Below, piece after piece: positions 38,553-51,489 of a stretch of DNA of 64,000 nt. Location of the stretch: NCBI GenBank assembly GCA_965153355.1, contig OZ231126.1, positions 36,828,001-36,892,000 of the forward strand, in the 5' to 3' direction. This DNA is from Flaccisagitta enflata. Lineage: Eukaryota. Numbering within the stretch: position 1 is the first letter of the stretch; each line of letters starts with the position of its first letter. Made by a program: the position numbers and the translations under genes. The notes under the pieces are model-generated. The model made no database searches. It was not told the origin of the DNA and saw only the letters and a program-made list of their open reading frames with translations.

Positions 38553-39004
38553 AGGGGAGCAGGGCACTTGGCTTAGTCAGTGACCTATCTTTTCACATTT
38601 GAGAATTTCTCCTCCTCCTCCACAAGTTGGACTCTTGACTGGAATTTGAGGCCTGGGGATGAGATTTGAGGCCTCAGGCTGGGATCTGGGCCTACATGCC
38701 AGGATTTTGGTTTTTAGCCTAGGATTTGGGCCTCAAGGCTAGAATTTGGGCCTCAAGGCTAGGATTTGGGCCCAGAGACTGGGATTTGGGCTTGAGACTG
38801 GGATTTGAGCCTCGAGACTGAAATTTGGGCCTAAAGACTGGAATTTGGGCTTCAAGACTGTATTTGGGCCTTGGGACTAGGATTTGAGGGGGGGGGGGAC
38901 GGAGAAGGAGAAGAAGGAGAAGGAGGAGAGGGAGGAGGAGGGGAAAATTCCCCATATGCGTGAAAGCATAGGTCATCGACCCCTTCGTGGCTGCTGCCCA
39001 AAAG
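38553..39004 (-). mobile_element. HINE-like element, family B (aggcctcaaatc minisatellite core)
   Basis: Reverse-complement copy of the ttttgggcagc...gatgacctatg start and the gggcacggctaccgctgacc end. Confidence 0.6.
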
Positions 39005-39534
39005 GGAAGACAATTTTTTGAGATGAGGTATAATCTCTGACAACAGCTACACTGCGCTGGAACGTATTTACAATTGTATTCATGAAATACACTGTTGAGC
39101 CTCACTGACCTGACTAGAGCATATGTCAAGGGACTGAAGATGATAATGCCTGAATAGATGCCAACCCATACCATGATCTTTGTGGATTCGACAAGATAAG
39201 ATATTGCTCTACTATCGACCATCCATCAGGGTGTCAATCTTTACTGTCTGTCTCTCACTTTATCTGTCTCTGTCTCTTTCTCTCTCTGTCTCTAACCATC
39301 CCTAAACGCAGAAAAAGCAATCTGTGACACACATGCAGATTACTTAAGTGCATTTTGCATCCGAGCGCATTTTACTTGTACGCGTACAGATTGCATGATA
39401 CGCTGTACACATCGACATCGTTCCAGACTTAGCTATTGGCTACAGCAAAGTTCGCTTGTAACAAAATAAAGTGGCAGTCCCTTGGACTTTGTTAGAAGAG
39501 TTTTCAACTGTAATTAGATCGCAGATCATTGTCA

Positions 39535-39774
39535 GTTTTAGATGCGTCCACGCATATCTATAAGAGGCTTTGTCTGTCCGTTGGTCGGTCGGTCCGTGGT
39601 GATCGAGTTGAGAATGATTAAAATGCATAGAATATTCGAAATATCTCAGATTATTGCATCATTCCGTTGACTCTTGACTGGTTCACACTCCCAGAATGAC
39701 TGATGCAATATTAAATCATTCTAAACAAGCTAAGCCGCATGTGGACGCATCGTTGTACCCCCGGGGTACTTGTT
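39535..39774 (+). mobile_element. HINE/DINE-1-like element, family A variant
   Basis: ttttagatgcgtccacgcatatct hairpin, ataagaggctttgtc, an inverted gtggacgcatc copy, and the 3' hairpin tacccccggggtacttgtt. Confidence 0.65.
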
Positions 39775-40900
39775 CTTTCCCATCGTCGTTTCTCTCCTCT
39801 GTGACCTCTTCTCTCTCTCTCAATCTCTTACGCCTAATACGCTGGTCAGCTTGTCAAGGATGGCCCAAATTTACTTTTGCCTGGCAATGAAAAGACTAGG
39901 TCCTGTAGAAAGCAAGTAGTCTTTTGCGCAATTGCTCATTTGTTTTTCTGCAAAATGTCGAAGGAATATATCAAAACATAAACTGTGACAAAAACTTCCC
40001 ATCAGTGCAAAGTTGCATGTACTCAGGCAAAGCCAGACACGGGCTATCCAACTGAACGCGACAAAAGATCTATACACAGTAAGACAGCTGATCACTTAGA
40101 TTGTCACAACATTATTATTCATTAAACAGAACTTTGTAAAAATTCAATCATATCAATCAATGATATTATCCATGATCATGCACCAAACCCATCACCCTAG
40201 TTGTCACTTCATAAAAGATGAAATAGGAAATGGAAAGATATCAACAATAAAAAAACATCATTCAGTATACATACAGTCATGCTTGAATAAATCGCAACTG
40301 GCTTCTCAAGCCCATTTCTCAGTTGGAAAACAGAAAAAAATATAAGATCAAAGACGAAATTCAAGCTTTTGAAAAATGAATACGGTGAGACCAAGGAGAG
40401 CAAATTTGGTTGAAGAGTTTAGGCGCAAAGATGTTTTAAAGAGAAGGATAAGATATGGGGAGGGAAATTTATCATGTTTTCTTGGTTTAGTTGTTTTTTT
40501 TTTATAAGTCTTATGCAAAGCCACCCCAATATTGGTAATTGACATCAAAATTGGCCACTCTGTGAATGAAGGTGCATGTACTTGCACAGTGAAACCTGGT
40601 TTGAGCTGTATGGTATGACATACAGTGTAGATGATTAGAGTACAAGTTCATTTTTCTCTCAACCCAAAATACCTCAAGAACTTCTTAATATCAATGCCAG
40701 CAGAATGTGGCTCAGTCTTGAAAATGGCAGCTGATTAACTAGGAATTGATGTTAATGCGTCAAAAAATATCTAGATTATACAGGTTGGCCCATAAGATGT
40801 CACAAAATGATCAAATAAAATTCCAGTTGCAATTCAACCACTTAGGACTGTACAAAGGAAATTTCATGCTAACGAAAATAAAACGATGAAAATAATGGTA

Positions 40901-41522
40901 ATCAGGAAAAAAGTCGAAGTCTGTCTTAGACTTTTTGACATATTCGAGAAAAACAGGGTTTTCATTTTCTTATCAGGAAGTTGCGGGACTCCACCGAGCA
41001 ATTACATTCTTGGACGAAATTCATGGAGTAAGTAGATTGCGCCAAGCAGAATGCTCTACGACAAATATTTTTTGCGCTATGATTTTTTAAAGATTTATTT
41101 ACGAATAATTCAAATGGAATTTTTTTCAATTTTTTTTAATTTTGTGTAGGATCAATAAAGCCCAGCTGCTCATCTGTGAGGGCGTTTTTGAGCATTTTAG
41201 CTCATTCAGCTTACTTAGCTTGCTTTTTTTCTTTGATTTTAAACAGGATAAAAAAATGTTTTGATTTAAGCATACAAATACACGAAAGCATGTCAGTGTG
41301 CAAAGCTGGTTGTCTGGTTGAATTGTTTTGAATATTTCAGCTCATCTAGCTCATTTGGCTCAGTCCTATTTTTCTCTGATTTTCAGTACAACCAATGCAA
41401 ACGATTTCTTTTGATTTAATCTGACAAATAAAAAAAATTCAGTGACTGAAGATAAAAGCATGGTGAAAAGTGACCAGTGCTTACGACTTTTTTCCTCATG
41501 GCGACAGCCGCCATTACTGGTA
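40901..41522 (+). mobile_element. Dispersed element (family C) with ggaaaaaagtcg/cgacttttttcc inverted ends and a 3' hairpin
   Basis: An inverted homologous copy lies at 58427-59626. Terminal hairpin atggcgacagccgccat. Confidence 0.65.
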
Positions 41523-41706
41523 AAGGATAGAATGAATTTGGCAGAAACTACAAAGTAAATTACAAGTGCTACTTGGCACTCTCCGTCTTCCTTTCTGTTT
41601 TCATCACCTTCCCCTCTCTCATCAGCTTTCACTCTATACCTTACTCATCTCTCTCTCCTTTATCCTCCACTCCATCCTCTTCACTTCCAAGTTGGAAGTT
41701 CCAACA

Positions 41707-42120
41707 TGGGCAACTGCCCAAAAGGGGTCGATGACCTTCACTTTCACACAGGGAAAATTTATTCTCCTCTTTCTCCTGCTCTGTATGCCCCACTCTAGGC
41801 TTCAATACCAGCATCAAGACTAAAATCCCAGTTTTAGGCTCAAATCCCAGCTTTGACGCTCAAATCCCAGCCTCGAGGCTCAAATCATAGCCTTGAGGCT
41901 TGAATCCCAGCCTAAAGGCTCAAATAGCCTTAAGACTTTTATTCCAGCTTCATGGCTCAAATATCAACCTCGCTGCTCAAATCACAGCCTTAAGGCCTTA
42001 AATAGTATGAAAAGACGAAGATCTTTTTGTTGTGAACGCATAAGTCATTGGCCCCTTTTAGGCTGCTGCCCCTCTCACCATTTCATCCCTACATATACAA
42101 AGGGGTACCGCTGACCTTCT
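41707..42120 (+). mobile_element. HINE-like element, family B
   Basis: gggcaactgccc...gatgacc start, ctcaaatcccagc repeats, gggtaccgctgacc end. Confidence 0.55.
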
Positions 42121-43118
42121 GAAGCTTCTCTTGTCCTTCCTCCATTCTATCCTCTCCATCTTCCTCTCTCTCCTCTATATTCTCCCCTCTTTCTCATCCT
42201 CTACTCTCTCTTCTGTCTCCTTCTCTCTTCTCCATCCTCCTATCTCTCTAGTCCATCCTCCTCTTGGTCTCCTTCATTCACAGAATCAATGATTGCACTG
42301 TATTGTCTGAAGTGAACCAAGCAAATTGCTCTGAAAAATACTCTTTTAAGGACATATACTGTAGCAACAGTAATACACTGAATTGTATTATCAACGTCAT
42401 TGAAAATATTTGGGAAATTTGTTAAGCCAATGGACGTATGAAGAAAATGTGAATTACATTACGGACTAATGTAACTTATTTGATTGTTACGTTTAATCTA
42501 TTCATTTACGTATTACGAAGATTTTTTGTGTTATATACATTTTACTGTACAGCTCATTTACAATATTCATTGTAAGGATGTGTTTTTGCACTGATGAGCA
42601 TTACATTCAAATAAAAAAAATTTAATCTCTCTCTCCTTTCCCTCCTCTTTTCTGTTTCTAATCTCCTCTCTCTCTTTCCCATCCCCTTTTCTCTCCTCTC
42701 CATCCTCTCCTCTCTCTCCTTCATCCTTTTCTTTCTCTTCACCATCCTCCTCTCTCTCATCCTCATCCTCTTCTCTCTCATCTTTATCCTCTTCTCCCTT
42801 CTCCAGCCTCACCTCTTTCTTTTCCAACTCTCTCTTCTCCTTGCTCCTGTCTCCCTTCTCCATTTGTCGCTCTCTCTTTCCTGTCCTCTTCTCTCTCTCC
42901 CTAATCCTTTTCTCTCTCTTCTCCATCCTCCTCTCTCTCATCCTTTTCTCTCTCTGTTCTTTATCCCCCTCTCCCTTTCCTTGCCTCACCTCTTTCTTTT
43001 CTAACTCTCTTTCTTCTCCTTGCTCCTGTCACCCTTCTCCATTTATTGCTCTCTCTTTCCTGCCCTCCTTTCTCTCCTCTCCTTCCTCTTTTCTCTCTTC
43101 CTCCTTCTGTTTATCTCT

Positions 43119-43876
43119 TTTGAGCAGCAGTTCCGAAGGGGTCTATGCATTCTAGGAATCTGTCCCGTCCGTCGTCCGATGCGATCCGTCCGTCCAGCCA
43201 AATCCGTCCCCCCAGCCCCATCCTCAGTGCTTTGTCTCCTTCAGGGCCCAAATCCAAGCAAAATGGCCCAAATCCAGGTGAATTGGCCCAATCTGGCTGA
43301 AAAACCTGAATTTTGGCCTAAATTCTGTCCTTTTGGCCCCTTAAACATAGATTCTGGCTTCTTAAACCCACATCGTAGTCTTAGGGACCCAGATCCTGAT
43401 CTCCGGGACCCAAATTCTGACCTAGGTTCTGGCCTCAAAGACCTAAATCCTAGCCTCAGAGACCCAGGACCTGGCCTCAAGGCCCTAAATCCTGGCCTCG
43501 GAAACCCCAAATCCTGGCCTCAGAGACTCCAGCCTGACACTCTGAGGCCCAATTCTGGCCTCAGGGACCTAGATCCTGGCCTGCTCTCCCCTCAACTTAA
43601 CCTACAAACTTCTCAAGAAGAGCAGGGGTACCCTTGTCCATATACTGCCTTTTGTCATTTCTCCATATTGTTGAATGAGAGTTTGAATAACAGGGCTTCC
43701 TAGACAGAAGGAAGGCTGAGAGAAGGACGGACGGACGGATGGACGGACGGACAGATTCCCCTGTGTTCTGCAGACACGTCCCTTGGGGCCACTGCACGCC
43801 CTCAACCTAAATCACAGCATACTACTCAAGCAGGGCACGGGTACCGCTGACCACTTACTGCCTTTGGGCTGCTATT
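43119..43876 (+). mobile_element. HINE-like element, family B variant
   Basis: Inverted gtccgtcc/ggacggac blocks, cctggcctca repeats, and the gggcacgggtaccgctgaccac...ctatt end. Interrupts CT-rich sequence. Confidence 0.6.
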
Positions 43877-44278
43877 CCTTATTCTGTTCTCTTTCTTTCC
43901 CATCCTCTTCTGTCTTTTCTCCATCTTCCCAATCCTCCTTTCTCTTCTCATCCTCTTCTCTCTCTTCTCTGTCCTTCTCTTGCTGTTTGTCATCCTCCTG
44001 ACTCTCTACCCCATTCTCTTCTTTCTCCTCTCCGTTCTCCTTTCTCTCTTCCCAACCCTCCTTTCTCTTCTCATCCTCTTCTCTCTCTTTTCTATCCTTC
44101 TGTTGCTCTTTGTCATCCTCCTCCCCATTCTCTTTCTCTTTTCCATCCTCTTTTCTCTCTTCTCCATCCTCCTCCCTCTCTTCTCTTTCCCCCTCTTCCT
44201 TCTCCAACTTCACCTCTTTTTTTTCCATTTCTACTTCTCCATTTGTCACTCTCTCTTCCCCATCCTCCTCTCTCTTTT

Positions 44279-44869
44279 TTGGGCAGCGGCCCCGGAGGGG
44301 CCGATGACCTATGATTCCACATAGGGCAATTTTTCTCCGGTTTCATTTATGACCAAATCCGTCCACGTCCCCCCTCCCCAAACACCTCATAGACCCCAAA
44401 TCAGGCCACTAGGCTCAGAGAATCAGGCCTCTCTGACCCCAAATCAGACTTCTCAGACCTCAATCAGGCCTCCCCGGGCCCCAATCAGGTGTCCTCAGAC
44501 TCTAATCAGGCCTCCCAGACCCCCAGTGTGGAGCTTTTCCAGACCCAAATTGGGCCTCTCAGATCCAAATCAGGCCACCAAACTATGTCAGGCTTTTCAG
44601 GAATTCCAAATTGGACCCCTCAATTTAAATAAGGCCTTTTAGACCAAAAGCAAACCTCAGACCCCAAACCACGCCTCTCACCCTAAATCAAGACCTTTCA
44701 GAGCCAAAATCCAGGCCTCTCAGCCCTCCAAACCGGAGAAAATTGTCCTATGTGGAATCATAGGTCATCGGCCCCTCCGGGGCCGCTGCCCCTTTCATAA
44801 TCTCATTCCCACACACACTAACTTAGGGGCATCGGGTACCGCTGACCATGTAACGCTTTTGCGACTATT
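44279..44869 (+). mobile_element. HINE-like element, family B (best-preserved copy)
   Basis: ~55-bp near-perfect inverted repeat (gggcagcggccccggaggggccgatgacctatgattccacataggg at 44281 versus about 44745-44792), aggcctc minisatellite core, and an unpaired 3' tail gggcatcgggtaccgctgaccatg...ctatt. Confidence 0.75.
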
Positions 44870-45536
44870 CTTTCTTTCTTTCGCTCAGACTGGTTGCTTT
44901 GATACTCGGTGGCAAAACCATCTCCATGGCGACATTTCAATGGATTTGAATCCAACTCCAAACAACAATCCTCTCCCCAACATCAACTCTTCTCTCTCTT
45001 CCCCATCCTCTTCTCTCTCTTTTCCAACCTCTTCTTTCTCTTCCCCATTCTCTTCTCTCTCTCCCCCATCCTCTTCTCTCTCTTCCCCATCCTCTTCTCT
45101 CTCTTTTCTAACCTCTTCTTTCTCTTCCCCATTCTCTTCTCTCTCTTCCCCATCCTCCTCACTCTCTCCTCCATCTTTATGCCTCTTATTCAGCCTCACC
45201 TCTTCAATCTCCATCTCTCTCTCTTTTCCGTGCTCTTGCCTCTCTTTTCCACTCATCTCCTCTTTCTTTACCTCCTCTTTCTTTACCTCCTCTTTCACCT
45301 ATCCAATCTCTTCTCTCACCTCCTTCCTTTCTTGTCTCCCCACGCGACCCACCATTGATCAATCCCGTTTCCACATCATCTTCCTTGGCCTCCATCTCCA
45401 TTTCCTCCAATCTCGTTTCTGTTTCCGCTTCCGCTTCCGCTTTCGCTTCCGCTTCCGCCTCCTCTTTCACCTCTCCATTCTCTTTTCTATCACCTCCTTC
45501 CATTCACGTCTCCCCACACGACCCACCATTGATCAG

Positions 45537-46506
45537 TCACGTTTCCACATCATCTTCCTTGACTCCCATCTCCATTTCCTCCAATCTTGATTCCGCTTCC
45601 GCTTCCGCTTCCGCTTCTGCCTTCACTTCCGCTTCCTCTTTCACCTCTTCATTCTCTTCTCTCTCACCTCCTTCCATTCTTGTCTCCCCACACAACCCAC
45701 CATTGATCAATCCATTTTCCACATCCTCTGCCTTGACTTCCATCTCCATTTCCTCCAATCTCGATTCCGCTTCCGCTTCCGCTCCCACTTTCGCTCCCGC
45801 TTCCGCTTCCGCTTCCATTTTTGCTTTCGCTTCCGCTTCCGCTTCCGCTTCCGCTTCCGCTTTCTCCCTCTCCTCCTCCGTTTGCAAGAGGTCTTCAAGA
45901 TGCCCGTTGATAGCATCTCGCCAACTGACACGACAGCAGCAGCACACGTTGACAACCTTTTTAAGGACAAAGACTACTTCAGAAAGAATGGGAGAAAAAA
46001 TCCTCGCCACGTTAAGCCCTGAGAAAATTATGAGCCCAAATATGAAATGGAGGCACTGACAAGACAAGGCAATCTCACGAAAGTAAAAGGGATGTCTAGA
46101 TACTGCAAAATAATCTGATGATGATGCAATAGAAGCAAAAGAAACAGCATGCAGCAAAAGATGAAGGATGGTGCGGATAGCGCGCCAGATTTTGCCGTGG
46201 CAACATTGACATGAGCATGGTGCGCAGACCACCAAAACTGTGAAAAAAGAGGATAGGATATTGGGTAAACCAATCGAAAATGAAGAGAAATATAGATATG
46301 GTATCATCCACTGCATAGTAGCTCCTGTGATTGCCGAAATTAACAAGCAGGCGATGGGCGACAGTGAAGCCAAAGGTGGATGCTTTGGGTGAATCCAGTG
46401 TTTACGCCGACTTTGACCGACGAATTCCAGAACGGTTCGGACAATTGTGATAGTGGAAGTTGCGATGGAAATGAATTTAATCGGCGACTGAGATACGATT
46501 CCAGAA
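45537..46506 (-). CDS. XK-related protein, exon 3 (TM helices plus acidic repeat tail)
   Basis: Acceptor ttttcag at 46507, phase 2 matching exon 2. Hydrophobic segments (FISIATSTITIVRTV...LHFIFGLIIFSGL) precede EA-rich repeats. First in-frame stop is TGA at 45539-45537. Confidence 0.8.
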
Positions 46507-46639
46507 CTGAAAATTTCAAAAAATGAAAGATGCAGAGATTTATAAATCATATGCAATTGGGCTGGGGCAGTGATGCAGAAATTGTGCACTTACAAGAAAG
46601 CCGCGGGTGGAATAAACAACCAACTGACCAAAACGCTTC

Positions 46640-46940
46640 TTGATTGAAGAAGAAGATTAATAGGAAGAGGAAGAAGAAAAAGAGGAAGAAGAAGAACAGG
46701 AAAAGAAGAAAAAAGGAAAAGAGGAACAAGTGGGAGAGAACAAACAGGTTGAAGAAAAACGGAAAAAGAAGAGACAACAGGAAAGAAGTAATAGAAGAAG
46801 AAGAAAGAAGAAGAAGAGAAAGAAGAGAAGAAGAGGAAGAAGAAGAGGAAGAAGAAGGAAGAAAGAGTAAGAAGAAAGAAGAAGAAGAAGAAGAAGAAGA
46901 AGAAGAAGAAGAAGAAGAAGAAGAAGAAGAAGAAGAAGAA
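46640..46940. repeat. (GAA)n and purine-rich low-complexity tract in Xkr intron 2
   Basis: Direct reading. Confidence 0.95.
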
Positions 46941-47303
46941 ATTTACCAGTTACCACTTGCCTCTTTTAGACAGCTGCCCTGCTCTCATTCCTCTAATCCA
47001 ACTAATCACACTTAGCAGGGCACTGCTACAGCTCTAGGCAACCATGTTCGATCCTTGGATGACTAGTTCAACATGGCTGGATACGCTGCCCCCCAGTCGC
47101 ATATGGTTAAGCAGGGGAAGTAATGCAAACCTCACTCAAAAAGGATAAATGTTGCAGACGGACCGACAGACGGAGACAGACAAACTGGCCGACAGATAAA
47201 CCTACTAACAAACTAATATCTAGAGTCCCGTTCACGCGACTAAGAACCGATTCAATACTCTTTGCCCCAAACAGTTACAAAATATGTCTGAAAAGGTGAG
47301 CAC

Positions 47304-47405
47304 CTCATAAAAATATAGCCGATGCTCATCCACTGGGTCACAAGTTGAGGTAATGATTCCAAAAAAACTTCGCCGATTTTGAGTTTTGCCGCAAGATCCT
47401 TGATC
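47304..47405 (-). CDS. XK-related protein, exon 2
   Basis: ttttacag acceptor; 102 nt encoding (R)IKDLAAKLKIGEVFLESLPQLVTQWMSIGYIFM(S), which contains the XK-family E..LES.PQL..Q motif; donor AG|GTGCTC; phase 2 at both ends. Not shown in this frame in the ORF track. Confidence 0.88.
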
Positions 47406-48436
47406 CTGTAAAAGAGTCATTAATCAACTTGTCTGAAGGTCAACTTGTCTGAAGGTCCTATGATAGGAAACGTGAAAATTTCTAAACGCGATTTCTAAGG
47501 TTTTCTCTTCATCTCTCTTCATGTCTCTTATGTCTCTTATATCTCTCATGTCTTTTATGTCTCTTTTGTCTCTTTTGTCATTTTTTTTTTCCTATATGTC
47601 TTCTATATGTCTCTTATGTCTCTTATTTCTCTTATTTCTCTTATTCTCTTCATGTGTCTCATGTCTCCTCATGTTTCCTCATGTCTCTTCATGGCTCTCC
47701 ATATCTCACCATGTCTCTCCAAGTCCCTTCATGTCGTTTGTGAGTAAGGCCTTGCGGGCCTGCCCGTGTGAGGGCCGGGGCACGGCATTTGGGCCAAACC
47801 CGTAGGCCGGGTTTGCCCTCAAGCCCAGCTCGGTTTTTACATTTTTCTCTCATTGTCATATTTTTTTTTCTTTTAATATTTATGACCGATTTCTTTTGAT
47901 CCTTTGCACCAAACAATATTTTAAGATTTTTTTTTCATTTTCATATCTATTTTTTATATGTTATTCTTTTTTTCATCTTTTCATATTTCACTTTTTAGTT
48001 TTTAGTTTTTACTTTTTACTTTTCTTTCTTTTTTTTTCATTTTTCACTTTTTATTTTTCACATTTTATTTTTCACATTTTATTGCTTACTTTTCACTTTT
48101 TATTTTTCACTTCTTACTTTTCTTTTTTCACTCTTCATTTTTCACTTCTCATCTTTTTTATAATTTATTTTCTATCCTCTCATTTTTTATTTTTCACTTT
48201 CTCTTTGCACTTCAAACATTTAAGTTTTTACTTTGTCCTTTTGTACTTTTAGATAAAAAGGTTCTTTATTTTGATAAGAAATAATTCCAAGTTGACAAAT
48301 GATCATTGAATTTTGCTGATGTATGACTGTTTTGGAATTCTGATGGGTGATCGTTCCTGAGACTTTTTTGGGATCTGAACTCACTTGTGCGCGGTCTTTC
48401 CCAATGAATGAGAATCGAAGCTAATCCAGGATTGAC

Positions 48437-48489
<53 letters not shown>

Positions 48490-51067
48490 AGTTAACTAAC
48501 AATTCTTTCCTAGTTTGTATATATTCATTCTCAAAAACAAGTTGCTTGGAATGATTGCTCGCAATCTAAATAGATTTTTTTTCTTTTCATATTTCCATTC
48601 ATTCATTCATTCATACATTCTCTCATCTCCTGCCCATATAGGGATGTTTTATGATCAGATACATCATCTGAATAATATCTCCATTTTCTGTAACTAAGAG
48701 ACTTTGTTTGAAACCCTTTATCGTCAGGGATTTTTTTCTTGTTATTCTTAAGTTTCTGTGGAAACCGTAATAAACCCGAATTACATCCGGGTTTGGCCCC
48801 ATACGAAACCGAATGTTGTGGCTCGTATTTTGGCCCATACGAGGCCGAATTGAGGCCGTGGATATGAAGCCCATATGCAAGGCCTGATTTGTGAGAGACA
48901 GGCGTGGGGAAGTGAGGAGACGTGGGGGAGAGCAGGCGGTTGGGGGCGTGGGGGAGAGGGTGGGGAGGCGTGGGGGCGGGGGGAGGCGTGGGGGCGGGGG
49001 GAGGCGTGGGGGCGTGTTTTTTTCATGAGATTGCAAAAATGAATTGGGTAACTTTTTACTAATTGCTAACAGGCGTGTATATTGTTCCACACTCTTTTTT
49101 TGCTTTATGACGGCGCACACTTGCCAATCAAAGCTTTTCCCAAAATTCAGTCATAGCAAAAATCGAAAATTCAAATTTTGGTATTTTTGTAACATTTACC
49201 CCTTCAGAAGTTGTTCGAGAGTAAAAATTTGGTTTCAGAGGACCTTGTTATGGGAGATATCCCACATGTAAGGTCACTCTCAAACAAACAACTTCAATTT
49301 TGACCCCTTGAAATTTGCAAAAAAATTAAACGGACTTCATGTTGAGTGTTACAATGCCATACTGCATCCTCAGACCCAGTTTTGTTCCACTGAACCTACA
49401 CAGCTCTGAGATAAGGCAAATGTCAAGAAACGTCAAGTTGGCAGAGGTAGAACTCACCATTTTTTTAATGATTCAAATTCAACAAAACTATACATCACTG
49501 TATAGCTCTTGAAGTAACATTAAGAATCCATAGAAGAATTTTGTTAACTGAGCTCATTTTTCATGCAAATTAAGCTTAATTAGGCAGATTTTGTATACAA
49601 AAAAATACAAAATTAAGCATATTGTAGCAAAAAAATCAATATGAGAATATTTTTTACCTAAATTATGTCCAAACGCAATAGTATGAGGATGTTTCATGGA
49701 AAAAAATCGAAATTTCATGAATTTTCAAAAAATCCCTATAAGCACTATTTTTGGTTGGTTGGGCAGTGCGGTAAAAATTTGTTCCGCCAAGCTCTTCTTC
49801 ATACTAGTAATGTAGATACTCTTCAACAACTTTCATGCAAAATTTCAGCCAAATCAGCTTACTCATTAAAAAGATATGCCACTTTTTCGTTTTTTCATCT
49901 GGTAGGTTGGTTGGGCTGGTAGGGCCGGTTGGACTCATTTTCAGAGGACCAATTTTTTTCTCCTGATCTCTCTCGGTGAAGTCTGTTTTTCCGCAAAAAA
50001 TCATTGGTGTAGCTCAAAGGGTTCATGAGATATGGGCATTTCTGTAAATTGGACAAATTGAATCTTTTTTCCTTCGAAGATCGCGAAATCTTACCTTCGC
50101 GAAGAAGAAAATAACTACGAGAATCGTCCGATGAGCGTATCAATTCTGTTCACACTTAAAAACCAACAAAATATAAAATTTCATTGTGACTGAACGCCTG
50201 GGAGGTAAGACTTCAAATTTTAATTGTAGACTAAAAATTTCACGCTCTTTCACATGGTGTGATCAGATTTTGTGTAAATTGTTTCGTTTTCACGCCATAG
50301 TGGCTTATCTTAAGCGTTAGGTATGCGTTAAGAACAAATTTGGGGGTGTTCGCGTATTGATACGCTTCAAGATATTTTTTATTTCTCTGCTTAGGATCAA
50401 CCTAATAACATGAAAATGGAGGGAAATGTCCCTCAAGTTGTTTTCCATCGAATTGTAAAAGAAAAAGTGCTTAATATTAAAGCAAAATGAGTTAAAAAAA
50501 AAAATATCATAATGTTCAGCTTCGAGAGAAAAAAAGCAAAAAAATCGAGGAAGGGGAAATATGATATTTACACCATTTTTTGATAACTTATTGTTTGAGT
50601 AATGAGTTGAAATTTTTTGTGTATACTGTGGGATTGATAAATGTCAATAAAAACTCATAATATCATATGATAAGACATTTTTCTATTTGATTTGCTTGCC
50701 ATTTTCTACTGGAGACAGAATGGAGACAAGCCAAAAAGAGCCCTTTGATCAAATTTTTAGACCCCTTAGGAGTAGTGAGGGTCACAAAAAATGGTTTGAA
50801 ATTGTGCACTGGGTAGTTATGAACGTCTTTGAACCATTTAATTCAAATATAATGATGTATCTGAAGCTGGGGCTAACGTAGATTGGTAGAAAGTCGGGCC
50901 CACCAGCATGCTGCGGAACCGTGACATTTACCATAACTAATTTCACCTTTATGGTGCATTCTCTCGAAATGCAAAACGACGCAAATCCAATGAAATAGCT
51001 AAGGTTGTCCGGATGAACCCATTCTTCCATTGCGTAAAAGGAATCTCAGTAAAACGTAGTAGTCTAG

Positions 51068-51242
51068 TTTTTAGTCGCGGACTAGCGACTCTATAAGAGG
51101 CTTTGTCCGTCCGTCCGTTGGTTGGTTGGTTGGTTGGTTGGTTGGTCGGTCCGTGGTGATCGAGTTGGAAAGTGTGAAAGAACGCATTTCCGCCCCTGCC
51201 CACCCGTCCGCGACTGGTATTGGCAGTGTATCCGGCCTTGTT
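51068..51242 (+). mobile_element. HINE/DINE-1-like element, family A
   Basis: ttttagtcgcggactagcgactct, (ggtt)n, gtgtatccggccttgtt. Confidence 0.7.
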
Positions 51243-51489
51243 AAAATCGAAACTTTTTTGTGCTCTGGTTTTTGTTTCATAGTTGTAATCTTTTCCTTAA
51301 TTTCAATTTTCGCCAACCTATTTTTCTAAGCTGCCGTTTTTATTCACTTTACTTTATCAATTCCTTTGCATAGTGAGAAATTATTCACAACTTGCCTTAG
51401 AATATTGTGGTGCTATCGCCGTGGTCATTATTTTGTGTAACACAATCCCTTGGACTTCAAAGACTAATCAGCAATCGCATTTTCCATTT

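Noticed and set aside
50782-51060. Possible additional Xkr exon in intron 1
   Set aside because: No XK motif or convincing splice pair, and exons 1 and 2 already join in phase.
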